A DNA stretch of 64,000 nt from Acutalibacteraceae bacterium. GTDB taxonomy: Bacteria; Bacillota; Clostridia; Oscillospirales; Acutalibacteraceae. Below, piece by piece: positions 52,631 through 60,402 of the stretch (within the stretch, counting starts at the first letter, position 1; each line of letters starts with the position of its first letter). The stretch is taken from the NCBI GenBank assembly GCA_051880635.1, contig JBJEOI010000015.1:536-64535 (forward strand). The letters run 5' to 3'. The notes under the pieces were generated by a model. The model was given only the letters and a program-made list of their open reading frames with translations. It ran no database searches and had not been told where the DNA came from. The position numbers and the translations under genes were made by a program.

Positions 52631-52891
52631 TTATATTATCCCAAATTCCCTGAGAGAAACAAGGAAATCATCAAGGTCTTTTCTTGCGGTGTCTTCATCA
52701 ACATCGAAATTATCAAGAATTGCTCTGAGAGCGTCTTCTTCGTCACCGCCGTTATTAATTGCTTCAAAAGCAGTAGCGGCAGACGGAGAAAGAGTGAAAA
52801 TTCCGTTATATTCGGCGGCAGTATTACCGACGGGAATAAGCATGGTTTCACCCGCTACCTTTCTGACAACAACCTTTCTTTTAATCTCCAT
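52631..52891 (-). CDS. Stand-alone PqqD-family protein (RiPP recognition element type)
   Basis: 'VVRKVAGETMLIPVGNTAAEYNGIFTLSPSAATAFEAINNGGDEEDALRAILDNFDVDEDTARKDLDDFLVSLREFGII' fits the PqqD beta3-alpha3 pattern. ATG at 52891 has a GAGGTG SD. The GTG at 52900 is the alternative start. Confidence 0.75.
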   Translation of the reverse strand: MEIKRKVVVRKVAGETMLIPVGNTAAEYNGIFTLSPSAATAFEAINNGGDEEDALRAILDNFDVDEDTARKDLDDFLVSLREFGII

Positions 52892-54041
52892 TTTTCTCAC
52901 CTCTCAGCTTCCCTGCTTCTTCCTCCATTAACTGCGCAGTAAATTTGCTCTGCAAGCACAGGTATTCCGGCTTTTTGTCGTATGCGCCTGTCTCGCTTTT
53001 ACATGCGGCGGCGCAGACAAAGCAGTAGTTTCTGTATTTACATCTCTGACACTCCATGGGCAGTCTGACCTTTAAGGCTTTAGCCCTTACGCCCTGCCAG
53101 CACTCATTGAAGTCTTTTTCTCTCACATTAAATTCACTGTCGGGAATCATTCCGCATGAGCTCATATCGCCTTTCCAGTTTACCCAGAACGCAGATGTGC
53201 CCGCGCGGCACTGCATACCGCAGTCATCACAGGATAAGTCTATGCACTCCTCCTCACACCTTAAAATGCCGTCTCTCATTGCGTCCGCACGGCTGAGGAA
53301 TGTTTCTTCGTCATATTTTATTCTCTCATATTTCACCTTATAAACCGCACTTTCATAAGGTGAAAACCGACCCTCGTTGACGCCCGTTTTTGACATATCG
53401 TTTCTGACAGGCGGATACATGTATGTCGTCGCCTTAATTTTCAGGTCATTCTCGGCGGCGAAGCGATGTATTTCTTCGGTATCGTGGCAGTTATCGGGGG
53501 TAATGCTGACATTCAGCTTAACCTGAGTGCCTGTTTCTTTGAGCTTCTTTATGTTTGAAATAACCCTTTCAAAGCTGTCGCTTGAACACAGTGACCTGTA
53601 TGTTTCATCGCTCGCTCCGTAGAGCGAGACGTTCACCCTGCCGGGCGTGTATTCTTTGAAAAGCTCAATTATTTCATCGGTAATAAGCGAACCGTTTGTG
53701 TTGATTGAAATAATGAAGCCCATACTGTTGAGCTTTTTATATATGAGCGGAAAATCTTCTCTTATAAGAGGTTCGCCGCCTGTCAGCAGAAGAAAAATCA
53801 TTCCCGCGTCACGAGCCTTTTCGCCGAGCTTTATCCATTCTTCGGCCGAAAGCTCATATTCTTTGTTTTTGTTACAGTCCGCAGAATGAATATAGCACAT
53901 TTTACAGCCGAAATTACAGCGTGATGTCAGCTCAAATGTGCCCGACACGGGAATACCGAGCTGTCGCCCCTTATGATGAAGATAAGCCGAAAACACCGGC
54001 TCGCCCGACGGCGTGACGCTGTTATTGATTATCTTGCTCAT
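52881..54041 (-). CDS. Radical SAM enzyme with C-terminal SPASM-type Cys cluster
   Basis: 'TSRCNFGCKMCY' (CX3CX2C), 'LLLTGGEPLIRED'. The C-terminus carries 'CEEECIDLSCDDCGMQCRAGTSAFWVNWKGDMSSCG...ECQRCKYRNYCFVCAAAC'. Confidence 0.85.
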   Translation of the reverse strand: MSKIINNSVTPSGEPVFSAYLHHKGRQLGIPVSGTFELTSRCNFGCKMCYIHSADCNKNKEYELSAEEWIKLGEKARDAGMIFLLLTGGEPLIREDFPLIYKKLNSMGFIISINTNGSLITDEIIELFKEYTPGRVNVSLYGASDETYRSLCSSDSFERVISNIKKLKETGTQVKLNVSITPDNCHDTEEIHRFAAENDLKIKATTYMYPPVRNDMSKTGVNEGRFSPYESAVYKVKYERIKYDEETFLSRADAMRDGILRCEEECIDLSCDDCGMQCRAGTSAFWVNWKGDMSSCGMIPDSEFNVREKDFNECWQGVRAKALKVRLPMECQRCKYRNYCFVCAAACKSETGAYDKKPEYLCLQSKFTAQLMEEEAGKLRGEKNGD

Positions 54042-54083
54042 ATTTACGCTCCCCTTTCATAAGTTATTCGACCTCACGGCGTA

Positions 54084-54791
54084 TTAATCTTCGCTTTCAA
54101 ATGAAGAAAAAACTATTTTTGAGGACTCGCTGAAGAAATTAGACGCAAAGCTCTGAACTACTGCGCCGGGGGGAATATCCCCTACGCTGACACGGTAGGT
54201 TATTCCGCCTAAATAAGCTCCGTTTTCATAGCCCTTATAATACACATAAACATTTTTCAGCTCTTTGCCGCTGATATTTCTGACATTGATAATATTGTCT
54301 GCGTAATTTATATCAAGCTCATCGGGGCAAACCGACGGCTTTTCGTCAAACTCCGTTACACCGTTAATTTCTACAGAAAAATCGTCTGCCTTTTCGTCAA
54401 AGGCTTTTCTCCCCACTTCAAGCAAAATCATCTTACTGCCCGCAAGAACCGTCTTTGCGCTGAACGTATATTTTTCATCGCCTGACAGAAGAGAAAAATC
54501 GAGAAGCTGATAATCCTTGTCCGAACTGTTAAACAGAGTGACGCTGAAAACATCTTTGACCTCATCGCCCGAACCGTCTTCGACATATTTGCCCGAATAT
54601 GAAGAAAAATCCGTGATATAAATTCCGTCATAGAGAAGATATGAGCCGCCAAATTGAAAACCGCTTTGACTTTCAGCGGAAGAAGCTATAGACTGCCCCG
54701 TCATTTCGGTGTTATCAGTGTCCTTTACCGAGCAGGCGGAAAAGACGAAAATATATATAGCGCATATAAACAAAGCAATAAGCCTTTTCAA
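54084..54791 (-). CDS. Lipoprotein of unknown function, first gene of the rSAM operon
   Basis: TTG start with a GGGGGAG SD. Signal peptide and lipobox 'IFVFSAC'. The mature part is beta-rich with no recognisable motif. Confidence 0.6.
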   Translation of the reverse strand: MKRLIALFICAIYIFVFSACSVKDTDNTEMTGQSIASSAESQSGFQFGGSYLLYDGIYITDFSSYSGKYVEDGSGDEVKDVFSVTLFNSSDKDYQLLDFSLLSGDEKYTFSAKTVLAGSKMILLEVGRKAFDEKADDFSVEINGVTEFDEKPSVCPDELDINYADNIINVRNISGKELKNVYVYYKGYENGAYLGGITYRVSVGDIPPGAVVQSFASNFFSESSKIVFSSFESED

Positions 54792-54847
54792 ATCAATCTC
54801 CCCCTTAACTAAAGTCCGTCTAAAATAAAAGAAACGGTATGAATGGT

Positions 54848-54877
54848 ATTATATCAAATTCACTGCACCGTTTGCAA
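54848..54877 (-). promoter_or_regulatory. Candidate promoter of the lipoprotein/rSAM/PqqD operon
   Basis: Minus strand: TTGCAA (54877-54872), 18-nt spacer, TATAAT (54853-54848). Confidence 0.5.
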
Positions 54878-54989
54878 TGTTTAGCTTCATATTTTTTCTC
54901 AGCGCAGAGTTTTTATTCCTCTTGGGAAATAAATAGTCATTTCAAAAGCCGCAAAGCAAAATAATTGTCGAAATTTGTCTTATCGGCGG

Positions 54990-55018
54990 TTGTTTTAAAG
55001 GGAATAATAGGCTATAAT
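54990..55018 (+). promoter_or_regulatory. Candidate promoter of the large surface-protein gene
   Basis: TTGTTT (54990-54995), 17-nt spacer, TATAAT (55013-55018). It lies 62 nt upstream of the ATG at 55080. The -35 hexamer is weak. Confidence 0.4.
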
Positions 55019-55079
55019 TTCAGTAATAATGCTTTATTCGGTTTTATCCGTAACAGGTCTGAAACAAAGGGGAAATATT

Positions 55080-58000
55080 ATGAAACGCTTAAAGAAAACA
55101 TTATCCCTCACACTCGCAGTAGTTATAGCTTGCACAAATATGTATATATACGGCTTCACATTATCGGCGCAGGAATGTTCATGGGATTTAATTGTAAACG
55201 GTCAGACAGTGACCGCCGCACAGCCCATAGCTGGTGTTTCACTCTCGGGCAACGTTGTCACTCTCAGCAATTTCACGGGAAAAACCATTGAAACAAGGCT
55301 CAGCGAAAATTCTCAAGGAGGCTCCTGCGATGAGCTGAAAATAAACCTTATCGGTGAAAACAAGTTAACAGGCGGCAAGATAACAGACGGCACCGAAAGT
55401 TTTTTCACAGCGATTTATTCTCAAAGTCCCGAAGATAATCAGAGCAGTATTATTATCGGCGGTACGGGCTCGCTCGATATTGAAATAAGCGAAACGCTCC
55501 CCGATGCTGATATCCGTGCGATCGTTTGCGGTGAAAAATTCACTGTCGGCGAAAATGCCGAGGTCAATATAAGTTTCGGCGGAAAAGGTATAATAAGCCC
55601 TATAAAAATCTGCGGCATTGAAGCCAAAGAAACTGAAATTCTTGACAGTGCCGTTCTGTGCGTCAAAGCCGAAGCCTCCACCTTCACGGAAAAAGGGAGC
55701 GACGGAAAAATCACATTCACGAGATCCTCATGCCCTGTAGTCGGCATAAGCGGCAGAGTTTTAAATAGCACAAAGGGTTATCTGAGTATAAACGCCAAAA
55801 CGGCGAGCTCTTCTTCTCAGAGCCTTTGCACGGACGGCATAATTCAGTCTGAAAATTCGTCGGCCCTCTATCTTGAAAACAAATTGAACACGGCTTTTTC
55901 CCCGTCACTGCCTGCGATAGACAAAACGGGTTGCCGTGAGTTTAATCTCAATCCTCAAGTGAATTACTATGCAGTTGTCCCTGCCGAGACATCTTTTCTT
56001 AAAGCGGTTGACTGGAAAGCTCTTTTCAGTTCGGCAAATTATCCGTCTTTCGGCGATGATAAAGGGATATATGATAAAGATGTATTTTCTTTAAAATCAG
56101 AATCCGGCGCATATTTCAAAAGAAACTCATATCTTCTCACTGACGGCGTGGAAAGTGAAGAAACAAGCGATTTTGAAAAATACAGAGACGGATATTTCTC
56201 GTTTCATATTTCCGCCGCTCCGATGCCGGGCTTTTATCTTAGAAATCCCTCAAAAGAAGATTATATGTATGCGCCCGAGAAGTCGGCAAGCGGTATAATC
56301 AAAGACACAAATCAAGGAGCAGTCAGCTCATATTACGCTTATGCGGTTTATGACTACAGAAAACTCACTGTCACCCGTCAGCCCGAAAAAAATATATGCG
56401 CTATAAGCAGTGACGGAAAAACAAAGGAAATTAGCTTCTCCACCGACATAAACTGCACGTCATTTGACTGGAAAATCAGCGAAAAGGTAGGCGGAAGTTT
56501 TCTCGGCTTCGGCGAAATCGGGTATCCATATTCTGAAGCTGTTACGGCAAATAAAAACAGTCTCTCAATAAACGGTTCGGATATGTTAAGCGCTTTACGG
56601 AGCGGTAATAACCTCGAGGGCGTAGGACTTATCTGTGAAGTCACGGCGATGCCTTCAAATCAGACGGTAATAACAGAACCGTGTTTCTGCTCAAGCGGTC
56701 ATATTTTACCTCTTAATTTCACACCGACGGGCGGTGAAAATCACGAAAAAAAGTGCCTTGACCCGTACTGCACATACACAATAGCCTCTGCGCACACAGA
56801 CAAAAACGGCGACGGGAGCTGTGACGATTGCGGTCAGGGAGGTCTTATCACAGTATCTTCCGAGCCCTCAGACATCACAGCCAAAACTACGGAAAAGGTC
56901 AGTTTCTCCGTCAAAGCGTCGGGCGACAACCTAAGATATAAATGGTATCGTGTATCAGGCGGCAAAACTTTTCCGGCGGATACAGCGGGCTTTGAGGGCA
57001 TGAGCTCCCCCGTTCTCACTCTTAATCCTTTAAAGACGGAAAACGGAAATATCTGCTCTTTCAGCGGCGACAGCTTTTTCTGCGTTATCACAAACGCATA
57101 CGGCTCATATGAGACAGAAAAGGCTATGCTTAGCGTCATTCACTCGGCAAAAACCGCAGTGTCGGATAACGAAAAAACGCATACGGGCAAATGCTTCTGC
57201 GGCGCAAGTCTTGAAAACTCGCCTCACACTTTCGGCAAATTTGTTCAGACAGCCGCTCCCACCTGCGAAGGATACGGCGAAAAAGAAAGAACCTGCTCTG
57301 TCTGCGGATATAAAGACATCCGTGTTATCGAGCCTACAGGTCATAGGCCTGACATAGCTATAGTCGCAAAAGCGCCGACCTGCACAAAGAAAGGGCTTAC
57401 GCAGGGCAAAAAGTGCTCCGTTTGCTCAAAGGTCATTGTTGAGCAAACCGAAATACCCGCCAAGGGTCATACATATAAAAATAAAATCACCAAGGCTGAC
57501 ACATCAGGCAAAAAGAACGGAAAAATCACCCCCGTCTGTTCGGTATGCGGCAAAACTAAGTCGTCAACCGTAATATACTACCCCGCCAAAGTGACTCTTT
57601 CTTACACCTCAAAGACTTACACCGGCAAAGCGCTCAAGCCATCAGTTACCGTCAAGGACAGCAAGGGCAAGGTCATAAAGTCTTCGAGCTACACTGTCAA
57701 ATATACAAACAACAAAAATGTCGGCAAGGCGGTAGTGACCATCACTTTCAAGGGTAACTATAAAGGCACGCTGAAAGCCTCATTCAAAATAAACCCGAAA
57801 GCAACCGCCATGTCAAAGGTAACCCCCTCTTCAAAGGGCTTCACGGCAAGCTGGAAGAAACAGACTTTACAGACAACAGGCTATCAGCTTCAGTATTCGA
57901 CATCGTCTAAGTTTACCTCAAAGACAACAAAAACAGTCACCGTCAAAAGCGTAAAAACTCTTACATATAAAGTAACAAAGCTCAAGGCAAACACGAAATA

Positions 58001-58088
58001 TTATGTCAGAGTCAGAACCTATAAGACCGTCGGTAAGACAAATTATTATTCGGCGTGGTCAAAAGCTCTCACTGTAAGGACGAAATAA
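55080..58088 (+). CDS. Large secreted surface protein with Cys-rich CxxC...GH modules, an MBG/Ig-like domain and a C-terminal FN3-like domain
   Basis: Start at Met18 with an AAAGGGGA SD gives signal peptide 'MKRLKKTLSLTLAVVIACTNMYIYGFTLSAQE'. 'YTGKALKPSVTVKDSKGKVIKSSSYTVKYTNNKNVGKAVVTITFKGNYKG' is an MBG-like repeat. 'GYQLQYSTSSKFTSKTTKTVTV...TKYYVRVRTYK' is FN3-like. Confidence 0.75.
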   Translation: MKRLKKTLSLTLAVVIACTNMYIYGFTLSAQECSWDLIVNGQTVTAAQPIAGVSLSGNVVTLSNFTGKTIETRLSENSQGGSCDELKINLIGENKLTGGKITDGTESFFTAIYSQSPEDNQSSIIIGGTGSLDIEISETLPDADIRAIVCGEKFTVGENAEVNISFGGKGIISPIKICGIEAKETEILDSAVLCVKAEASTFTEKGSDGKITFTRSSCPVVGISGRVLNSTKGYLSINAKTASSSSQSLCTDGIIQSENSSALYLENKLNTAFSPSLPAIDKTGCREFNLNPQVNYYAVVPAETSFLKAVDWKALFSSANYPSFGDDKGIYDKDVFSLKSESGAYFKRNSYLLTDGVESEETSDFEKYRDGYFSFHISAAPMPGFYLRNPSKEDYMYAPEKSASGIIKDTNQGAVSSYYAYAVYDYRKLTVTRQPEKNICAISSDGKTKEISFSTDINCTSFDWKISEKVGGSFLGFGEIGYPYSEAVTANKNSLSINGSDMLSALRSGNNLEGVGLICEVTAMPSNQTVITEPCFCSSGHILPLNFTPTGGENHEKKCLDPYCTYTIASAHTDKNGDGSCDDCGQGGLITVSSEPSDITAKTTEKVSFSVKASGDNLRYKWYRVSGGKTFPADTAGFEGMSSPVLTLNPLKTENGNICSFSGDSFFCVITNAYGSYETEKAMLSVIHSAKTAVSDNEKTHTGKCFCGASLENSPHTFGKFVQTAAPTCEGYGEKERTCSVCGYKDIRVIEPTGHRPDIAIVAKAPTCTKKGLTQGKKCSVCSKVIVEQTEIPAKGHTYKNKITKADTSGKKNGKITPVCSVCGKTKSSTVIYYPAKVTLSYTSKTYTGKALKPSVTVKDSKGKVIKSSSYTVKYTNNKNVGKAVVTITFKGNYKGTLKASFKINPKATAMSKVTPSSKGFTASWKKQTLQTTGYQLQYSTSSKFTSKTTKTVTVKSVKTLTYKVTKLKANTKYYVRVRTYKTVGKTNYYSAWSKALTVRTK

Positions 58089-58243
58089 GCCTTGCAAAAA
58101 ACTGTTTTCTGTGCGTGCCTATACATAAAGGATGACGACTATTTCAGCGGCTCGCTCGATTTGAATTAATATTAAACCGCAAAGAAGAATTGTTCCGATT
58201 TTTGAAATGATTTTTCCGATTAGTTCAAAAATAATTTATTTCT

Positions 58244-58300
58244 GCCGTTTCAGCGTGTGAAAGCTGATAATTTTCACACACCGAAACGGCCTTTCTTTTT
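58244..58300 (+). terminator. Strong rho-independent terminator downstream of the surface-protein gene
   Basis: 19-bp stem GCCGTTTCAGCGTGTGAAA (58244-58262) with TTTCACACACCGAAACGGC (58272-58290), 2 mismatches. It is followed by CTTTCTTTTT. Confidence 0.75.
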
Positions 58301-58303
58301 CAT

Positions 58304-58331
58304 TATATTAACTTTATTTTGACTGTTCTGC
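58304..58331 (+). repeat. 28-bp exact direct repeat, copy 1
   Basis: TATATTAACTTTATTTTGACTGTTCTGC is identical to 59002-59029. Similarity extends about 20 nt upstream (GAAACGGC...TTTCT...CAT) with indels. Confidence 0.9.
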
Positions 58332-58495
58332 TTTTCAAAAACAGACTCGTTTGCCCTCCCCGAAATTGATTAAACATAGCTATCGGTTTGTATACAGTTT
58401 GTACCGTTTTTCACGCAGTTTGTGCCGTGAACTCACATAAAACAAATTTGTATGCTATAGTTTTATTATCCAAAATCAAGACAGGAGGATACAGT

Positions 58496-58918
58496 ATGAA
58501 AAGAATTAAAAAAGTCCTATTCGTGTTGCTTGCGCTGACAATCGCTTTTTCGGCGATTATCACGACTGCTTCGGCACAGGAAGCTATCGGTTATCAGAAA
58601 GGTGACATCAGACTGTTTCATGTTGACAATCCCCGCAAAGAATACGGTGAAGCAGTTTACCCCGGGTCGATAACCGATAATTCTGTTTTTCTTCTCACTT
58701 ATAAGGAATCGGAAAATCTTGTCGAAAATATCGTTGAAAAATCAGTGCGCACAAATGAAGCAATCGGGATGCATAACGGTAAACAGGTTGATACGGATAG
58801 AATTTCTTCGGTCGTTACGCTTATCGGAGCAATTGGGCTCGGTTCTATTATTTCCACGGTCTTTATTTCATTCTTTGCTTTCATTCGCCACAGAAGATCA
58901 GCGAATATTATAACCTGA
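58496..58918 (+). CDS. Small secreted protein with C-terminal TM anchor (140 aa), unknown function
   Basis: ATG at 58496 with an AGGAGGA SD. Signal peptide 'MKRIKKVLFVLLALTIAFSAIITTASAQE'. C-terminal 'VVTLIGAIGLGSIISTVFISFFAFI' followed by 'RHRRS'. The longer TTG-initiated ORF from 58388 has no SD. Confidence 0.6.
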   Translation: MKRIKKVLFVLLALTIAFSAIITTASAQEAIGYQKGDIRLFHVDNPRKEYGEAVYPGSITDNSVFLLTYKESENLVENIVEKSVRTNEAIGMHNGKQVDTDRISSVVTLIGAIGLGSIISTVFISFFAFIRHRRSANIIT

Positions 58919-59001
58919 AATATTGAACAGCGTATTCAATGAGTCAGTCTCTCAGTTCAAAAGATGGGATTCGTGCAAATGAAACGGCTCTCACTTTCTC
59001 A

Positions 59002-59029
59002 TATATTAACTTTATTTTGACTGTTCTGC
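59002..59029 (+). repeat. 28-bp exact direct repeat, copy 2
   Basis: Identical to 58304-58331. It lies 61 nt upstream of the AbrB-like ORF. Confidence 0.9.
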
Positions 59030-59089
59030 ATATTTTTTTCACTGATACTAATAATAAAGATGAAAAAAATGTTTTGAGGAGACTTTTCA

Positions 59090-59263
59090 ATGAAAGCAAC
59101 AGGCATTGTAAGAAGAATAGACGACCTCGGCAGAGTCGTAATACCTAAAGAAATAAGAAGAACTATGAGAATAAGAGAGGGCGACCCGCTACATACATCA
59201 TTGACACCGTATGAAAAGTTCTGTTATGCAGTGCTTCAATTTGCTGAGCGCTGCATTGGATAA
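59090..59263 (+). pseudogene. AbrB/SpoVT-family DNA-binding domain ORF, probably 3'-truncated (57 aa)
   Basis: 'MKATGIVRRIDDLGRVVIPKEIRRTMRIREGDPL' is the looped-hinge-helix N-domain. After GDPL the sequence ('HTSLTPYEKFCYAVLQFAERCIG') departs from the usual 'EIF...' continuation. GAGGAG SD. Confidence 0.55.
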
Positions 59264-59286
59264 TAAATTTACGGAGGTCAAAAGCT

Positions 59287-59655
59287 ATGACAAAAACGGA
59301 CATGAGGATTACTTACAGGCAAGTTGGAGATTATCGTATTCCAAACCTGACACTCCCCGACGACGAAAAAAGCATCCGACTCGGCAAATGGGGAATGTTA
59401 CACAAGGATTATCTCTTGAATCACAAACCGGTTGTCTTTTACACTCTCCTTGCACAAGGCAATCTATGGCAGCATCTTGCGGATATTGATAAGGAAGCCG
59501 ATGAAATGTTTAACACTCTTGTTGAACAGATGAAAGAATCCGAGGATATCACCGAAACACTCAAAGACGAAAATCAATTGGAGTGGGTGCAAAGGCAGAA
59601 CAATATCGAACAACGGGCTACGGAAACAGTAAATGAGGAACTGATTTATTGCTGA
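59287..59655 (+). CDS. tnpV: TnpV-family protein (accessory protein of Tn4451/Tn4453-type mobilisable transposons)
   Basis: 'ITYRQVGDYRIPNLTLPDDEKSIRLGKWGMLHKDYLLNHKPVVFYTLLAQGNLWQHLADIDKEADEMF...ENQLEWVQRQNNIEQRATETVNEELIY' follows the TnpV pattern as I recall it. GGAGGT SD. Confidence 0.75.
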   Translation: MTKTDMRITYRQVGDYRIPNLTLPDDEKSIRLGKWGMLHKDYLLNHKPVVFYTLLAQGNLWQHLADIDKEADEMFNTLVEQMKESEDITETLKDENQLEWVQRQNNIEQRATETVNEELIYC

Positions 59656-59659
59656 CAAA

Positions 59660-59684
59660 AGCGGGGCTTAGGCTCCGCTTTTTG
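59660..59684 (+). terminator. Rho-independent terminator after tnpV
   Basis: AGCGGGGC, loop TTAG, GCTCCGCT (8 bp, 1 mismatch), followed by TTTTTGTT. Confidence 0.65.
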
Positions 59685-59701
59685 TTATACATTTTATATT
59701 T

Positions 59702-59787
59702 TTTGTATGACGAAAGTATTGACTAAGATTGCAAAAATGGATATAATATATTCGTATTACAATGCTAAGAATTTGTATGACGAAAGT
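59702..59787 (+). promoter_or_regulatory. abiE promoter bracketed by two 16-bp perfect direct repeats (candidate AbiEi operators)
   Basis: TTTGTATGACGAAAGT occurs at 59702-59717 and 59772-59787. TTGACT (59719-59724), 17-nt spacer, TATAAT (59742-59747) lies between the two copies. Confidence 0.6.
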
Positions 59788-59796
59788 TGAGCTGCT

Positions 59797-60402
59797 ATGA
59801 CGAAGATTGAAACGGCAAAAATGATTTTGAAAAACTCCGACGGCATCGCACAAACCGGTGATTTCGTAGCCGCCGGAATCAGTAAGTCCGATCTTGAAAA
59901 GCTATGTCATGACGGGATCATTACCCGGATTCGCTATGGCTTTTATCAGTGTGCCGACGATTGTAATATTTCTGAAGCGCAGTACATTTCAAAACTGTTT
60001 CCGGAAGCTGTTGTCTGTGCTGAATCGGCTCTGTTTTATTACGGTTATTCGGATTTCACACCGAGAGAGTGGTCGCTTGCTTTCCCCCGTACTGTTTCTC
60101 AAAGGAAAATGAAGCTCGATATCGTTCCGTTTAAGCCGTATTACATTCAGAATGAGAATCTGGAAATCGGAAAGAGAACCATTACGATTGACGGTGTTGA
60201 TCTTGCAATTTATGACAGAGAAAGAACAATTTGCGATTGTTTTAAATATCGGAACAAAATGGATAACGAGCTTTTTGCGAAAGCAATGAATGCTTATGTT
60301 GCCGATAAGGATAAGAACCTTGCAAAACTTGGCGAATACGCAAAAAAGCTTCGTGTGTATAAGAAAGTTACGGAGATTATGGAGGTACTTCTTAATGGCT
60401 GA
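59797..60402 (+). CDS. abiEi: AbiEi-family antitoxin / transcriptional regulator (type IV TA)
   Basis: N-terminal wHTH 'AKMILKNSDGIAQTGDFVAAGISKSDLEKLCHDGIITRIRYGFYQ' followed by an AbiEi C-domain. 8-nt overlap with the downstream toxin ORF. Confidence 0.75.
   Translation: MTKIETAKMILKNSDGIAQTGDFVAAGISKSDLEKLCHDGIITRIRYGFYQCADDCNISEAQYISKLFPEAVVCAESALFYYGYSDFTPREWSLAFPRTVSQRKMKLDIVPFKPYYIQNENLEIGKRTITIDGVDLAIYDRERTICDCFKYRNKMDNELFAKAMNAYVADKDKNLAKLGEYAKKLRVYKKVTEIMEVLLNG

Noticed and set aside
54880-54925. 13-codon minus-strand ORFs (MKLNIANGAVNLI and MTIYFPRGIKTLR) upstream of the lipoprotein gene, considered as rSAM precursor peptides.
   Set aside because: They have no convincing SD and no Cys/Thr/Trp-rich core. 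The first contains the operon's own predicted -35/-10 and so would lie upstream of the transcription start.
55029-55079. N-terminal extensions offered by the ORF track: 55029 for the surface protein, 58388 for the small secreted protein, 9231 for the lipoprotein, and 37471, 38588, 40888, 31838, 34032 and 23700 for locus genes.
   Set aside because: In each case an internal Met has a proper SD. That Met yields either a signal peptide or the conserved family N-terminus, or removes an implausible overlap with the upstream gene. The extensions lack an SD.
58939-59148. 69-aa plus-strand ORF between the small secreted-protein gene and the AbrB-like ORF, and 59211-59489 overlapping tnpV.
   Set aside because: The first runs across direct-repeat copy 2 and the SD and start of the AbrB-like ORF, with no SD of its own. 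The second is out of frame with the well-supported tnpV.
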